The translations under genes and the position numbers were made by a program. Below are positions 8,822 through 20,044 of a stretch of 64,000 nt of DNA, piece after piece (the first letter of the stretch is position 1; each line of letters begins with the position of its first letter). This DNA is from a virus: the IMG/VR virus record IMGVR_UViG_3300035104_000006, positions 17,576 through 81,575 of that record; one strand, given 5' to 3'. Below the pieces are notes generated by a model that worked only from the letters and a program-made list of their open reading frames with translations, did no database searches and was not told the origin of the DNA.

Positions 8822-8941
8822 ATATTTATAAACAATGGCGGAAGGAGCACTTTCATGGGTGATAGATTTTATGAACAACAATTAAAGGCTACCGGAGATT
8901 GCCCAGGTGCTTCAAAATCACAAAAACGAAAGGGAAGAAAA

Positions 8942-9325
8942 ATGGCGTGGACTGACGAGAAAAAAGCTGAGGCAATCAAACTGTACGAAGATGCTGAACC
9001 TACTCCTGAAAATTCAATGGAAATTGTAAAGGAAGTAGCAGACCAGCTCGACGAAACTCCTAATGGGGTGCGAATGATTCTCAGCAAAGCTGGAGTATAT
9101 GTAAAGAAAGCAGCTGCTGCAAAAGCTTCAGGTGGAGAATCCAAGAAAGGTGGCTCTAAGCGAGTTAGCAAAGAGGATGCTCAAAATGCACTTCGCGAAG
9201 CTATCCAAGGTCTTGGACTTGAGCCTGATGAAGACATCATCACAAAGATGACTGGGAAAGCAGCTCAGTACATTACATCAGTAATCAAAAGTTCTCAAGG
9301 CAAAGCTGATGAAGCTGAGGATTAA
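8942..9325 (+). CDS. D3: T5 D3-like protein
   Basis: MAWTDE...TPENSMEIVK...TPNGVRMILSKAGVYVKK; synteny with T5. Confidence 0.6.
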   Translation: MAWTDEKKAEAIKLYEDAEPTPENSMEIVKEVADQLDETPNGVRMILSKAGVYVKKAAAAKASGGESKKGGSKRVSKEDAQNALREAIQGLGLEPDEDIITKMTGKAAQYITSVIKSSQGKADEAED

Positions 9326-9333
9326 ATAATTAT

Positions 9334-9405
9334 AGGGGTATAGTTCTAATTGGTCGAATTGCGGTCATCTTACCGTAGATGGGAGTTCGAGTCTCCCTGC
9401 CCCTA
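9334..9405 (+). tRNA. tRNA-like element with non-canonical (6 or 8 nt) anticodon loop
   Basis: AGGGGTA/TGCCCCT acceptor, GTTC/GAAT D arm, GGGAG-TTCGAGT-CTCCC T arm; loop CATCTT. Confidence 0.65.
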
Positions 9406-9418
9406 TACAATAAATATG

Positions 9419-9510
9419 CCCGACAAGCCTCTCCTTAGAATCTACTAGATGAAGTGAAGCTCAAATCGTGACCGAGTATAAACGGTATCGCCTATAGGAC
9501 ACTATAGGAA
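9419..9510 (+). ncRNA. candidate structured RNA upstream of the GIY-YIG gene
   Basis: GCCCGA/TCGGGT closing helix, ACCG/CGGT and CCTATAG/CTATAGG hairpins. Confidence 0.35.
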
Positions 9511-9535
9511 TCGGGTTGTTTTTAGGAATTATAAT

Positions 9536-10210
9536 ATGACAGGAGTATACGCACTTTGGTTTGAAAAACCTTCTATGGTATATATTGGAGCTAGTAAAAA
9601 TATAAACTATAGATACTCAGAGCATATTTATTTATTAAACAATAATAAGCACACCAACTATAAAGTGCAGAATTGTTTTGATAAGTATGGAGTTCCAGAA
9701 CTGGTAATACTAGAAAAGTGCTCAGAAAATAAATTAAACTATTTAGAAAGAGTATGGCAAATAGAATTTAACTCAATTGAAGACGGGTTAGACTTAGTAG
9801 TGGCTGGGCAAGTAGGTTACGGATATAGTTCCAATAACTCTAAATATTCAAAGCTAACAATTCTAAAGATATTTAGTCTATTGTCTACTACTAATATGAC
9901 TCAGCTAGAAATTAGTAATAAAGTTAAAGTTCCTAAAAGCTTAGTTTCCGACATAAAAAAGTGTAAGGCTCACTATTGGTTAAAAGATTTTTACCCAGCT
10001 AGGTATGAAAAAATGAAAAATAGAGTACCTAATAAGTTTAAGGGTAGAGAGATTACAATTAAAAATATTTTAACTGGAGAAGAGGTTAAAGTATCAAATC
10101 TAAGAGAGTTTGCTAGAGATAGGGGATTGCCGGAGGCAGCTAGTTCAGGACTGGGAAGACTACGTGCTGGAACTAGAAAAAAGTACAAAGACTGGATATT
10201 ACTAAACTAG
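9536..10210 (+). mobile_element. free-standing GIY-YIG homing endonuclease
   Basis: GVYALW...VYIGAS..I..R...H...L...H.N..VQ..F.KYG...E; C-terminal HTH/NUMOD-like region; lies between tRNA genes. Confidence 0.85.
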
Positions 10211-10222
10211 TACCAAATCTAT

Positions 10223-10298
10223 CGGAGTGTAGCTCAGTTGGGAGAGTAACCGCCTTGGACGCGGGAAGTCGCAGATTCGAGTTCTGCCACTCCGACCA
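10223..10298 (+). tRNA. tRNA-Pro(TGG), encoded CCA
   Basis: CGGAGTG/CACTCCG acceptor, CT TGG AC loop, TTCGAGT T loop. Confidence 0.92.
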
Positions 10299-10341
10299 TT
10301 AAATAAGAGCTCTCCATCGTTCAGTAAAGGCTTTTGCTTGT

Positions 10342-10620
10342 TTGGGGGAGAATGGTGTGAAAAAAGAAGAAGTACAAAAAAAGGTAATGGCGGTAGGAGA
10401 CGCAGTAATTACTTATCGAAGTAAGAATTCTAACAAACTGAAATATAATGTTTGTACCTTAGACTTCGACAATAAGTATATTAAAAGCAAAGTACGAAAA
10501 GCAGAAGAATCAGAAGATACTATTCTATTCTTTTGTTGGGATACTGACTCCTACCGGTTACTAAGACCTGAGTATATTACTAAGGTCGTGGCATTAACCT
10601 CTATCTTGAAAGGAGTATAA
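10342..10620 (+). CDS. T5-conserved SH3-fold hypothetical protein
   Basis: DAVITYRS.NS.KLKYNVCTLDF...WDTDSYRLL; synteny. Confidence 0.65.
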   Translation: MGENGVKKEEVQKKVMAVGDAVITYRSKNSNKLKYNVCTLDFDNKYIKSKVRKAEESEDTILFFCWDTDSYRLLRPEYITKVVALTSILKGV

Positions 10621-10925
10621 TGGATGGTACAATAGAAGATAATGAAATCTTTTATCGTATTCTAAATGAAGATGAAAATGGGTTCAACCAGCTACGGTTA
10701 GTAGTTAATAGACTTAGAGGAATCGAATATTTACATCTTAGAGAATACTATCTTGATTTCGATGGAGAATGGTGCCCAAGCCCTAGAGGACTAGCCACAC
10801 CACTAGACTTAAATACAGTATCTGAACTACTGACAGGGCTTGCAGAGATAATTTCGCTAGCAGAATCTAGAGAAATTATCAAAGAGTACTTTGGAGATAT
10901 TATTAATAATATCTACGAACAGTGA
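10620..10925 (+). CDS. PC4/p15-like ssDNA-binding transcriptional coactivator
   Basis: LVVN..RG.EYLHLREYYLDFDGEW.P...G; precedes ligase in T5. Confidence 0.75.
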   Translation: MDGTIEDNEIFYRILNEDENGFNQLRLVVNRLRGIEYLHLREYYLDFDGEWCPSPRGLATPLDLNTVSELLTGLAEIISLAESREIIKEYFGDIINNIYEQ

Positions 10926-11870
<945 letters not shown>

Positions 11871-11888
11871 ACCTATTAAAAATTATAC

Positions 11889-11917
11889 TTGACTTTTTCC
11901 TCGAATATTAGTATAAT
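11889..11917 (+). promoter_or_regulatory. sigma70 promoter between ligase halves
   Basis: TTGACT-17-TATAAT. Confidence 0.75.
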
Positions 11918-11926
11918 ATAAAAATA

Positions 11927-12700
11927 ATGAAAGTTGAGGCTATGAAGGAAATTATTCCACCTACAAATTGCCCAGAATGTAGCAGCAATCTACTATGGGT
12001 CAATGACCAGTTATACTGTAAAAATTCGAGCTGTCCAGCTAGAACATTGAAAGCTCTACAGCATTTTACTAAAACTGCGAAGATAAAGGGGTTAGGAGAG
12101 GCTTCTCTTCTAAAACTGGAAATTAATAGCATAGTGGAGCTTTATCAACTTTCAAAGCAAGACTTTATTGATGCTTTAGGTGAGAAAAATGGTATTAAGT
12201 GTTATAATGAGTTGGAGAAATCGAAAAAACTTCCCCTCAACATGCTTTTACCAGCTTTCAATATTCCTTTAATTGGTAATACCGCTTCTAGTAAAATCTG
12301 TTCTAAAGTTTCACATATCGATGAAATAACAGAAAGCTCTCTTAAAGACGCAGGAATCGGACCGAAAGCATCAGCAAATTTGTTAAACTGGCTTAATAAA
12401 GTATATAAGCCAATGTATGAGAATATTCTACCGTTTGATTTTAAGTCATCCAACGTCGTAGAGACTAACACTGAGGACTCCAAAGGTACAGTTTGCATAA
12501 CAGGAAAGCTTAAGACTTTCAAAACCAAAGCGGAAGCAGAGCAAGCTCTACATAATAACGGATACTCCACAGTTCCTAGGATGACGAAAGCAGTAGATAT
12601 TCTAGTCAATGAGAGCGGAATTGAATCCGCAAAAACCGAGAAAGCCAGAGAATCTGGCGTAACTATTGTTACAAACCTTAACCAACTTTTAGGAGACTGA
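11927..12700 (+). CDS. NAD-dependent DNA ligase, subunit B (Zn finger, HhH, BRCT)
   Basis: PTNCPEC...YCKNSSC, IKGLG, IPLIG, VCITG BRCT; T5 split-ligase arrangement. Confidence 0.88.
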   Translation: MKVEAMKEIIPPTNCPECSSNLLWVNDQLYCKNSSCPARTLKALQHFTKTAKIKGLGEASLLKLEINSIVELYQLSKQDFIDALGEKNGIKCYNELEKSKKLPLNMLLPAFNIPLIGNTASSKICSKVSHIDEITESSLKDAGIGPKASANLLNWLNKVYKPMYENILPFDFKSSNVVETNTEDSKGTVCITGKLKTFKTKAEAEQALHNNGYSTVPRMTKAVDILVNESGIESAKTEKARESGVTIVTNLNQLLGD

Positions 12701-12705
12701 TTAAA

Positions 12706-13443
12706 ATGGCAAAAACTACACAAAAATGGACTGAAGAGCGCACTGCACAACTTACTAGTATTTTTCCGGAAGGAACATATGTTACTCAGGAAGATGTAGC
12801 AAAAGCTGCTGACGCTCTCGAGACCTCTGCTCGCTCTGTATCTAGTAAACTTCGTAAACTGGGCTATGATGTTCAGTTGGCGTCCGAAGTAACTAAAGGC
12901 AAAGCATTTTCAGAGGAAGATGAAGCTAAGCTTAAAGAGCTGCTAACCAATAACCAGGGAACTTTTACCTACGGTGAACTTGCAGAGCAGCTTGGTGGAG
13001 ATTTCACCGCTAAAAAAGTGCAGGGTAAAGTTCTTAGTATGGAACTTACTGACTATGTACGCCCTACTCCGAAAGTAGAAGCTGCTAAAAAGTATACAGA
13101 TGAAGAGCAAGCTACTTTTGTACAAATGGCGCAAGCCGGTGTTTGCATTGAAGAAATCGCTGAAAAACTTGGCCGTGCAACAAACTCCATCCGTGGCAAA
13201 GCTCTTAGTCTTCTTCGCTCAGGGGAAATTGATGCTATTCCTAAGCAGAAAGAATCTAAAGCAGCTAAAGCTGTTGACGCTCTCGCAGACCTGGGGGATA
13301 AAGTAGCGGAGATGACTGTAGCAGAGATTGCAGAAGCTATTGGGAAGACTGAGCGTGGTGTAAAAACAATGCTTACTCGTCGTGGTATTTCTGCCTCTGA
13401 CTATGACGGTGCTGCTAAAGCTGAGAAAAAAGCAGAAAAGTAA
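12706..13443 (+). CDS. D5: T5 D5-like DNA-binding protein
   Basis: Repeated HTH units (ARSVSSKLRKLG, SIRGKALSL, RGVKTMLTRRG). Confidence 0.75.
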   Translation: MAKTTQKWTEERTAQLTSIFPEGTYVTQEDVAKAADALETSARSVSSKLRKLGYDVQLASEVTKGKAFSEEDEAKLKELLTNNQGTFTYGELAEQLGGDFTAKKVQGKVLSMELTDYVRPTPKVEAAKKYTDEEQATFVQMAQAGVCIEEIAEKLGRATNSIRGKALSLLRSGEIDAIPKQKESKAAKAVDALADLGDKVAEMTVAEIAEAIGKTERGVKTMLTRRGISASDYDGAAKAEKKAEK

Positions 13444-13452
13444 TTGTATTAT

Positions 13453-13478
13453 AGGGAGGGGGTACTTTGCCCCTCCCT
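13453..13478 (+). terminator. GC-rich hairpin, probable terminator/processing site
   Basis: AGGGAGGGG...CCCCTCCCT. Confidence 0.55.
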
Positions 13479-13500
13479 GCCTTAAATCGGGGAGCCTCTT

Positions 13501-14865
13501 TTGAATATAACACAAGTATTTCTTAAAAAAGTTATATCAGAGGTGGATTCTGACACTTGGGTACAGGTAAGGCCTCACTATCTGCCTGCTGAATATCACA
13601 GTGTTTATAAAATTATAAATAAATACTTTGAAGACCACAGTAGGCTTCCTTCCTTTGATGCACTAAAGCTCTCCGTCAGAAGCGATGTTGTATTAAATAA
13701 AATATATGCTATATCTTTAGCAGAGGATGTTGACTTACCAAACTCCGAACTACTGGAGTATGTAAAAAATCAATATGCTCAAGAGGAGATTTTAGACCAA
13801 ATATCTAAATATCTTGAAGAGTCTATAATGATAGATTCTGCTAAAGATAATATAACCCACCTTTCAAATATAATTGCTCATGTCGAAGATAGGGTTGATA
13901 TGAAAGACCCGGAGGAGGACATGAACAGAATAGAGTTATTTGATTCCGAGGAAGACCTTAGTAAAGCATTCTCACTTGGGTTGAATTCTGACTTTGACTC
14001 TAAATTTAAGTTCGGCTGTACCGATTATATACTTATTGGCGGTGTTAGAGGTACGGGTAAGTCCCTTACTTGCTCTAATATAGCTGTCCATGCATATGAA
14101 CAGTTGCAGCGTTCTTCAATATATTTCACAATAGAGATGACACCTAGGGCTGTACTACAGCGTAACTGTGCTATAGCTACAGGTATTCCAGCCTCTAAAA
14201 TGCGAAGCAAAACTTTATCAGTAGAAGAATGGCGTATTGTTGCTAAATGGTGGTCTGGTCGCTTTACTGATGGAGAAAAGGCTTATGAAAAATACCTACA
14301 ACATCGTAGTTTTGACGAACTACACGGAGACTTATCTAGGCTTCCTCTTTTAGAAGAAAAACAACTTGATATCGTTTACGATCCGTCTATGACGCTAGCA
14401 ACGATAAGGAGCGAACTTGATAAAAAGGTAGAGCGATTAAAACCTGCCGTTATCTTAGTGGACTATGTCAACCAAGTGAGTAGATTTGGTCATAGAAAAA
14501 TGGGGCAATATGACTGGACAGAGCAAATTGAGGTGTCTAAAGCTCTTAAAGCCATTGCTCAGGAGTATGAAATTCCTGTAGTGTCACCATACCAAATTGA
14601 TGCGACTGGGGAAGCTAGATTCGCGAAAGGGTTGCTAGACTCAGCGGATGCGGCTTTCACACTAGACGCACACAAGAAAGAAGACGAATGCATAACTTTT
14701 AAATGTGTTAAGATGAGAGATAACGAAGAGGTTGATTTTACTTCTAAAATGAATTGGTCTACATTGAAGATGGGGCCTGAACCAGCACAACTACCGGAAA
14801 AAGAAACAAAAGAGAAATCTTCAAAATCTAATAATTCCACTGGGGAGGATGTCTACGATTTATAA
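13501..14865 (+). CDS. DnaB-like replicative helicase
   Basis: GGVRGTGKS Walker A, ILVDYVNQ, PYQ, ARFAKG. Confidence 0.9.
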   Translation: MNITQVFLKKVISEVDSDTWVQVRPHYLPAEYHSVYKIINKYFEDHSRLPSFDALKLSVRSDVVLNKIYAISLAEDVDLPNSELLEYVKNQYAQEEILDQISKYLEESIMIDSAKDNITHLSNIIAHVEDRVDMKDPEEDMNRIELFDSEEDLSKAFSLGLNSDFDSKFKFGCTDYILIGGVRGTGKSLTCSNIAVHAYEQLQRSSIYFTIEMTPRAVLQRNCAIATGIPASKMRSKTLSVEEWRIVAKWWSGRFTDGEKAYEKYLQHRSFDELHGDLSRLPLLEEKQLDIVYDPSMTLATIRSELDKKVERLKPAVILVDYVNQVSRFGHRKMGQYDWTEQIEVSKALKAIAQEYEIPVVSPYQIDATGEARFAKGLLDSADAAFTLDAHKKEDECITFKCVKMRDNEEVDFTSKMNWSTLKMGPEPAQLPEKETKEKSSKSNNSTGEDVYDL

Positions 14866-14910
14866 AGGCTCGAATATCTTATAATAAAGGTTTCGAGCCT
14901 TTATTTTTTG
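14864..14910 (+). terminator. intrinsic terminator
   Basis: AAAGGCTCGAA...TTCGAGCCTTT followed by T run. Confidence 0.75.
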
Positions 14911-14921
14911 CAGGAGAAGTT

Positions 14922-15758
14922 ATGAATGTAAAAGAGCTACTAGATAAAAAGAAAATATATCATAAAACCTCTGGTAGAGATTTTGTCATTAATTGTCTCA
15001 ACCCAGAGCATGACGACTCCAATCCTAGTATGCGAGTTGACCAAGTTCTAGGGATATTCCACTGTCTCTCATGCGGGTACAAAGGTAATATCTTTCATTA
15101 TTTTGGGGAAAAATTCAATAAGATTGACACCGCCAGAGAGACACTACATCGCAAAATTGAAGATATCCGCGCCGAGTCAGTAGGATTGAGATTTCCCGAA
15201 GATTACGCATTACTAGAAACGGATTATCGTGTGTCAGTAGAAACTCTACGAGAATTCGAAGCCTTTAGATCTTCTAGTAAAGACTACTCTAACCGTATAA
15301 TCTTTCCGATACGGGATTTGAAAGATAAGATAGTGTGTTTCATAGGGCGTTCAGAAGACCCCTATGAAAAGAAACAAAAGTACAAAATCTATCCTGATAG
15401 AGCTAAAGTTCCTCTTTTCCCGCTCAGCAAAGCTGTGCCCTTGCAGGGCAAATTCTTGCTAGTCGAGGGACTATTTGACATGCTTAACTTATGGGACAAT
15501 GGGTATAGAAATGTTGTCTGTTCCTTTGGCACAAGTACTGTTTCTAAGGAAAAAATAGAATTACTAAAAATGATGGGTGCAACAGGAATTGACATTTGTT
15601 TCGACCCAGACGATGCAGGACAGGTAGCTGCAGAAAAAGTAAAAGAGCTAATTGAAGAACAAGAAATGGACGTACGAAATATTAATCTAAGGGATACCGA
15701 CCCGGGAGATTTAACACCAAATCGGGCATCCAGACTAAAGGAAAAATTGTATGGCTAA
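14922..15758 (+). CDS. DNA primase (Zn finger plus TOPRIM)
   Basis: CLNPEHDD.NPS...CLSC; VEGLFD; FDPDDAG; DPG. Confidence 0.9.
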   Translation: MNVKELLDKKKIYHKTSGRDFVINCLNPEHDDSNPSMRVDQVLGIFHCLSCGYKGNIFHYFGEKFNKIDTARETLHRKIEDIRAESVGLRFPEDYALLETDYRVSVETLREFEAFRSSSKDYSNRIIFPIRDLKDKIVCFIGRSEDPYEKKQKYKIYPDRAKVPLFPLSKAVPLQGKFLLVEGLFDMLNLWDNGYRNVVCSFGTSTVSKEKIELLKMMGATGIDICFDPDDAGQVAAEKVKELIEEQEMDVRNINLRDTDPGDLTPNRASRLKEKLYG

Positions 15759-18298
15759 AGTAGCAATAGTTGAAGTTAAACCTAGTAAGAATGACTATAA
15801 AGAACTTTTCAATAATGAGTTTGAATTCGATCTTTATAGGCTTACTTCTAATCCAGACTTGAAAAAAGTACTACGTAAAGATGTTGATATTGATATCAAC
15901 ACAGATGAGTACGAATTCGTAATTTTAGTTGGGTCTGAGTCTCTAAAGTATTTTACAAAGTACACAGCAATTACTTCTTATTCAGGAAGATTAGTAGATG
16001 ATAAATTTCTTCCAGTTTTGAACCCAGCAATGATTAGGTTTAAGCCAGAAGCTAAAAAACCTTGGATTGAAGCTAGAAACAAGATTATTAAGTATGTGAA
16101 AGGTGAAGCTTCCGAGGCTGAAATTGATAGAAGCCAATTCATCGGTATAGAAGATGAAGAGGAAGCATTGAAATACGTAAAAAATGCTATAAACTATGAC
16201 GACGATGATGTTATAGGGCTTGACTCTGAAACATCTGCGTTGTACCCTCGAAATGGGGAAATTCTTGGCATATCTCTGACGTATAAGCCCGACTCTGGGG
16301 CTTACATCTCAGCAGATTGCATATCCCCTGAGGTAGAAGAAGCTCTACAAATGCTCTTTGATAAAAAGGCTGTAGTCTTTCATAATGCTAAATTTGACCT
16401 CGCTTTCTTTGAATACCACTTCGGCTTTAAGTTTCCTAACTTTCAAGATACAATGTTGATGCATTATACTCTTGATGAAACTCAGGGTAGCCATGGTCTA
16501 AAAGAATTAGCAATGAAGTTCACTAAGTATGGAGACTATGAACAAGAACTAGTAGAGTGGCGAGAAAACTACTGTAGAAAGAATAGAATTAGAAAAGGGG
16601 ACTTTACCTATGATCTAATTCCTTTCGATATAATGTACTATTATGCCGCGATAGATTCCTGCGTGGCTTATATGCTCTACAAGAAGTTCAAATCCTATTT
16701 GGATAGGAACGAACGTCTTACTAATGTATACAGAAACATTCTACTGCCAGGCTGTAGGTTCTTAACAGATATTCAAGATAATGGGGTTCCTTTCGATAAA
16801 GATAGGTTGCTATTCTCTCAAAAAATGATGGAAGAGCAGATTGCTGCAGCAGTAGAAGGTCTATCTAAATTTCCAGAAATCGCTAAAATGGAAGAAGATA
16901 CTGGAAAACAGTTTAACCCTAATAGCACTATTCAGCTCAGGAAACTACTGTTTGATTATGTAGGTCTTAAGCCCACAGGTAAACTAACTGGTAAGGGAGC
17001 ACATTCTACAGATTCTGAAGTACTTGAACAGCTTTCAGAAAAACATGAGATTCCAAAGTATATTCTAGAACTAAGGAAAAGTTTGAAGATTAAATCCACT
17101 TATATTGATAAAATTATACCTCAGCTTGACAGAGATAGTAGACTACGGACTAATTTTAATCTTCATATGACTACCAGTGGGAGGCTGTCTTCTTCAGGTA
17201 AGCTTAATATGCAGCAACTTCCTCGCGATAACCCTACTGTCAAGGGTTGTATAAAAGCAAGACCAGGGTATAAAATTGTTGCAATGGATTTGTGATAAAG
17301 TCCCCTATATTGGTAACAATATAGTGAAAACTCCTCTAATTGCTGGAAACCCCTTAGAGCTTTCTAGGCTACAACGTGGTCTGCAAAGACGAGCGTGAAT
17401 GCTTAAAAACTAGGAAGATTGGGCAATCAGCAGCTAAGACTCTATTAATAGAGTAAAGTTCAGAGACTATCCGAAAGGAGTAGGGGTTACAAACCTCGAA
17501 ACGGGGAGCAACCTAAACAGGTTGAAGATATAGTCCGGCCCTTTTTGAAAAATTAGGGATTAACCGTTAACCACAGCAGAGATGTATTATGCAGCAGTTC
17601 TTTCCGATGACCTTACACTGCAAGATGTATTTAAAAGTGGAGGAAACTTTCACTCCGCGATTGCTAAGAAAGTGTTCAATCTTAAATGTCCGGTAGAAGA
17701 GGTTGCCGAATCACACTCCGAGCTTCGTCAAGCCTGTAAGGCTATTTCCTTCGGAATCCTTTACGGGGCTTCTCCACAAAAGATAGCCGATACAGCAGGT
17801 TTATCAGTAAGTAAAGCCAAACAAGTTATTGATGATTATTTTGGAACTTTTTGGAAATTGAAAGAATGGATTGATGAGACTAGAGATTTTATCCAAACAA
17901 ATGCCTACGTCTATTCTCCCTTTGGTCGAAAACGTAGACTCCCAAATGTTAAATCCTCAGATAGAGGGATTGTCGGTCATGAACTTAGATCGGGCTTAAA
18001 TTTTATAATTCAGTCGGTTAGTTCAGATATTAACCTACTAGCTGGTATTGATACACATAATGAGATAAAAGAGAAAAATATGGGAGCTAAAATCTTTGCT
18101 CTTGTACATGACTCTATACTAGCAGAAGTCCCAGAAGAGGAAGTTGATGAATATTGTACAATGCTTGAATATCATACCCAAAAGGACAGAGGGGTAGGTA
18201 TCCCAGGCACTCCAGTAGGATGTGACTTCGATATTGCGGACGACTACTCGCTAGGCAAGTTTGAGAAATTTTATGCAGATAGACTACAGGCAACTTAA
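15751..18298 (+). CDS. polA: family A DNA polymerase, exons 15751-17289 and 17567-18298 (756 aa spliced)
   Basis: 3'-5' exo DSET/HNAKFD; TTSGRLSS; splicing restores motif A IVAMD|LTTAEMYYAA; motif B KAISFGILYG; motif C VHDS. Confidence 0.95.
17290..17566 (+). ncRNA. group I intron (277 nt, no ORF)
   Basis: P AATTGCTGGAAAC, Q AATCAGCAG, R GTTCAGAGACTA, S AAGATATAGTCC; P1 GGAT/GTCC with U.G at the splice site; terminal G. Confidence 0.95.
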
Positions 18299-18764
18299 AA
18301 CTATAAAATTTCCGATATATCCTCTTCCATCAGATAATATAGAAGAGATGGATGGATTAATATTTGAGGGTGGTTTCGTTGTAGATGATAAAAACCAAGA
18401 AGGAGAAACTTTAGGAATTCGCAGGTTACAAAGTCCACATAAACTTCTTCCGCTTAGACGCTGTTATTATGAGGTTGCAGGGTTGATGCGTTCTAAAAAT
18501 AAAATATTTATAGATTCAGCAGGAAAAGTTTTTATATACCAAAAAACTAAGATGGTGTCCGTAAAACCTCATAAAATATTAAGAGTAATTCCTAAAGATA
18601 CATACTCAGTAGTAAAACTATCAAATATCCATAATGGGTTTATCGTTGCGAGACCACCCTCACCTGGCCTAGAGTGGGCATCGGTATTATACCTAAATAG
18701 GTTTCCTTGGTTAATTTACGAATTTACTGAGGAACGAGAAAAAACTAAGAAAAGGAAGATTTAA
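18261..18764 (+). CDS. T5-conserved post-polymerase hypothetical protein
   Basis: FPIY...DDKNQEGETLGIRRLQSPH; synteny. Confidence 0.7.
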   Translation: MRNFMQIDYRQLKTIKFPIYPLPSDNIEEMDGLIFEGGFVVDDKNQEGETLGIRRLQSPHKLLPLRRCYYEVAGLMRSKNKIFIDSAGKVFIYQKTKMVSVKPHKILRVIPKDTYSVVKLSNIHNGFIVARPPSPGLEWASVLYLNRFPWLIYEFTEEREKTKKRKI

Positions 18765-20044
18765 TGAAGGGTAAAACCTATATAATTGATACTAATGTTC
18801 TAGTGCATGACTTTCATTCTTTTCATAATATTCTAAAAGATAATGTAGTAGTAATACCGTACACAGTTTTAGAAGAATTAGATAAACTAAAAACTAAAAA
18901 TGATGAAGTGGGGGTAAACGCTAGAAACGTTATTCGTAAGATTGAGCAAGAACAAATAAACAATAACCCTAGAGTCATAATTGCCGAAGTAGATAATTCT
19001 ATCCCTGGGCCGGATGATAGAATTTTAGAAGTTTGTAAAGACTTGCGAGAAGCCGAGCCTACCCTGGTGAGCAAAGACGTATGCCTTCGCACAAAAGCGC
19101 GCGCTTTTGGTATCAGAACAGAAGATTACAAAGCAGATAAAGTAGAAGTATCAAATCTATACACTGGAATGGCTGAGGAAATTTTTGTCCCAGCCGATGT
19201 AGTTACTAATATTTATCTACGAGGAGAGTATCTTGTAGAGGATATTGCGGGATTGCGTAAACATGTCAAACTTTATCAAAATCAAGCGGTAACGCTTGTA
19301 AATGATACGGATTTGACTAACAGAGCCTATGCTATTCATAAAAATGGGACGCTAGAGTTAATAGACAACAAAGTAAAGCCTTTTGATCTAACTCCTGCAA
19401 ATCTTGAGCAACAAATTCTAGTGAATCACTTGCTAGACCCGGAGGTTAGTTTAGTCACCGTAACTGGAGCAGCTGGTAGTGGGAAGACACTAGTTGCAGT
19501 TGCTTGTGCATTAGAGTCTGTAATGACACGAGATGAGTATAGTAAAGTAACGGTTGCAAGGCCAATAATGCCTTTCCAGAAAGATATAGGGTTTCTTCCT
19601 GGAGACATCGCAGAGAAGGTATCACCCTGGTTTATGCCTATTGTCGATAACTTAGACTTTCTAATGCCAATGGCTAAACAACCTAAGAGTAAATCAGGTG
19701 CTCGACTTTCAGCATTTGAAGAACTACAAGCACAAGGAATACTAGAAATGTGCCCTCTTACATTTATTCGAGGACGCAGCATGCCAGACCAGTATATTAT
19801 AGTTGATGAAGCTCAGCAGGTAACTGTAGCTGAAATGAAAACTATTCTTACTCGTGTAGGGCAGGGCACAAAAATTGTACTTACAGGAGACTACAGCCAG
19901 ATTGATAATCCATACCTATCAGCTGACTCTAATGGGCTTGTACATTGTGTTGAAAAGTTTAAAGACGAAAGTATAGCAGCCCACATATCTTTGCAGAAAT
20001 GCGAGCGAAGCGAGCTGGCGGAAATATCGAGTAAACTACTATGA
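18764..20044 (+). CDS. phoH: PIN-PhoH protein (copy 1)
   Basis: IDTNVL PIN, GAAGSGKT, GFLPG, RGRS, DEAQ, GDYSQID. Confidence 0.92.
   Translation: MKGKTYIIDTNVLVHDFHSFHNILKDNVVVIPYTVLEELDKLKTKNDEVGVNARNVIRKIEQEQINNNPRVIIAEVDNSIPGPDDRILEVCKDLREAEPTLVSKDVCLRTKARAFGIRTEDYKADKVEVSNLYTGMAEEIFVPADVVTNIYLRGEYLVEDIAGLRKHVKLYQNQAVTLVNDTDLTNRAYAIHKNGTLELIDNKVKPFDLTPANLEQQILVNHLLDPEVSLVTVTGAAGSGKTLVAVACALESVMTRDEYSKVTVARPIMPFQKDIGFLPGDIAEKVSPWFMPIVDNLDFLMPMAKQPKSKSGARLSAFEELQAQGILEMCPLTFIRGRSMPDQYIIVDEAQQVTVAEMKTILTRVGQGTKIVLTGDYSQIDNPYLSADSNGLVHCVEKFKDESIAAHISLQKCERSELAEISSKLL

Noticed and set aside
9419-9510. Theta/HDV-like or hammerhead ribozyme after the tRNA
   Set aside because: Not adjacent to the tRNA 3' end; lacks the pseudoknot topology and CUGAUGA/GAAA core.
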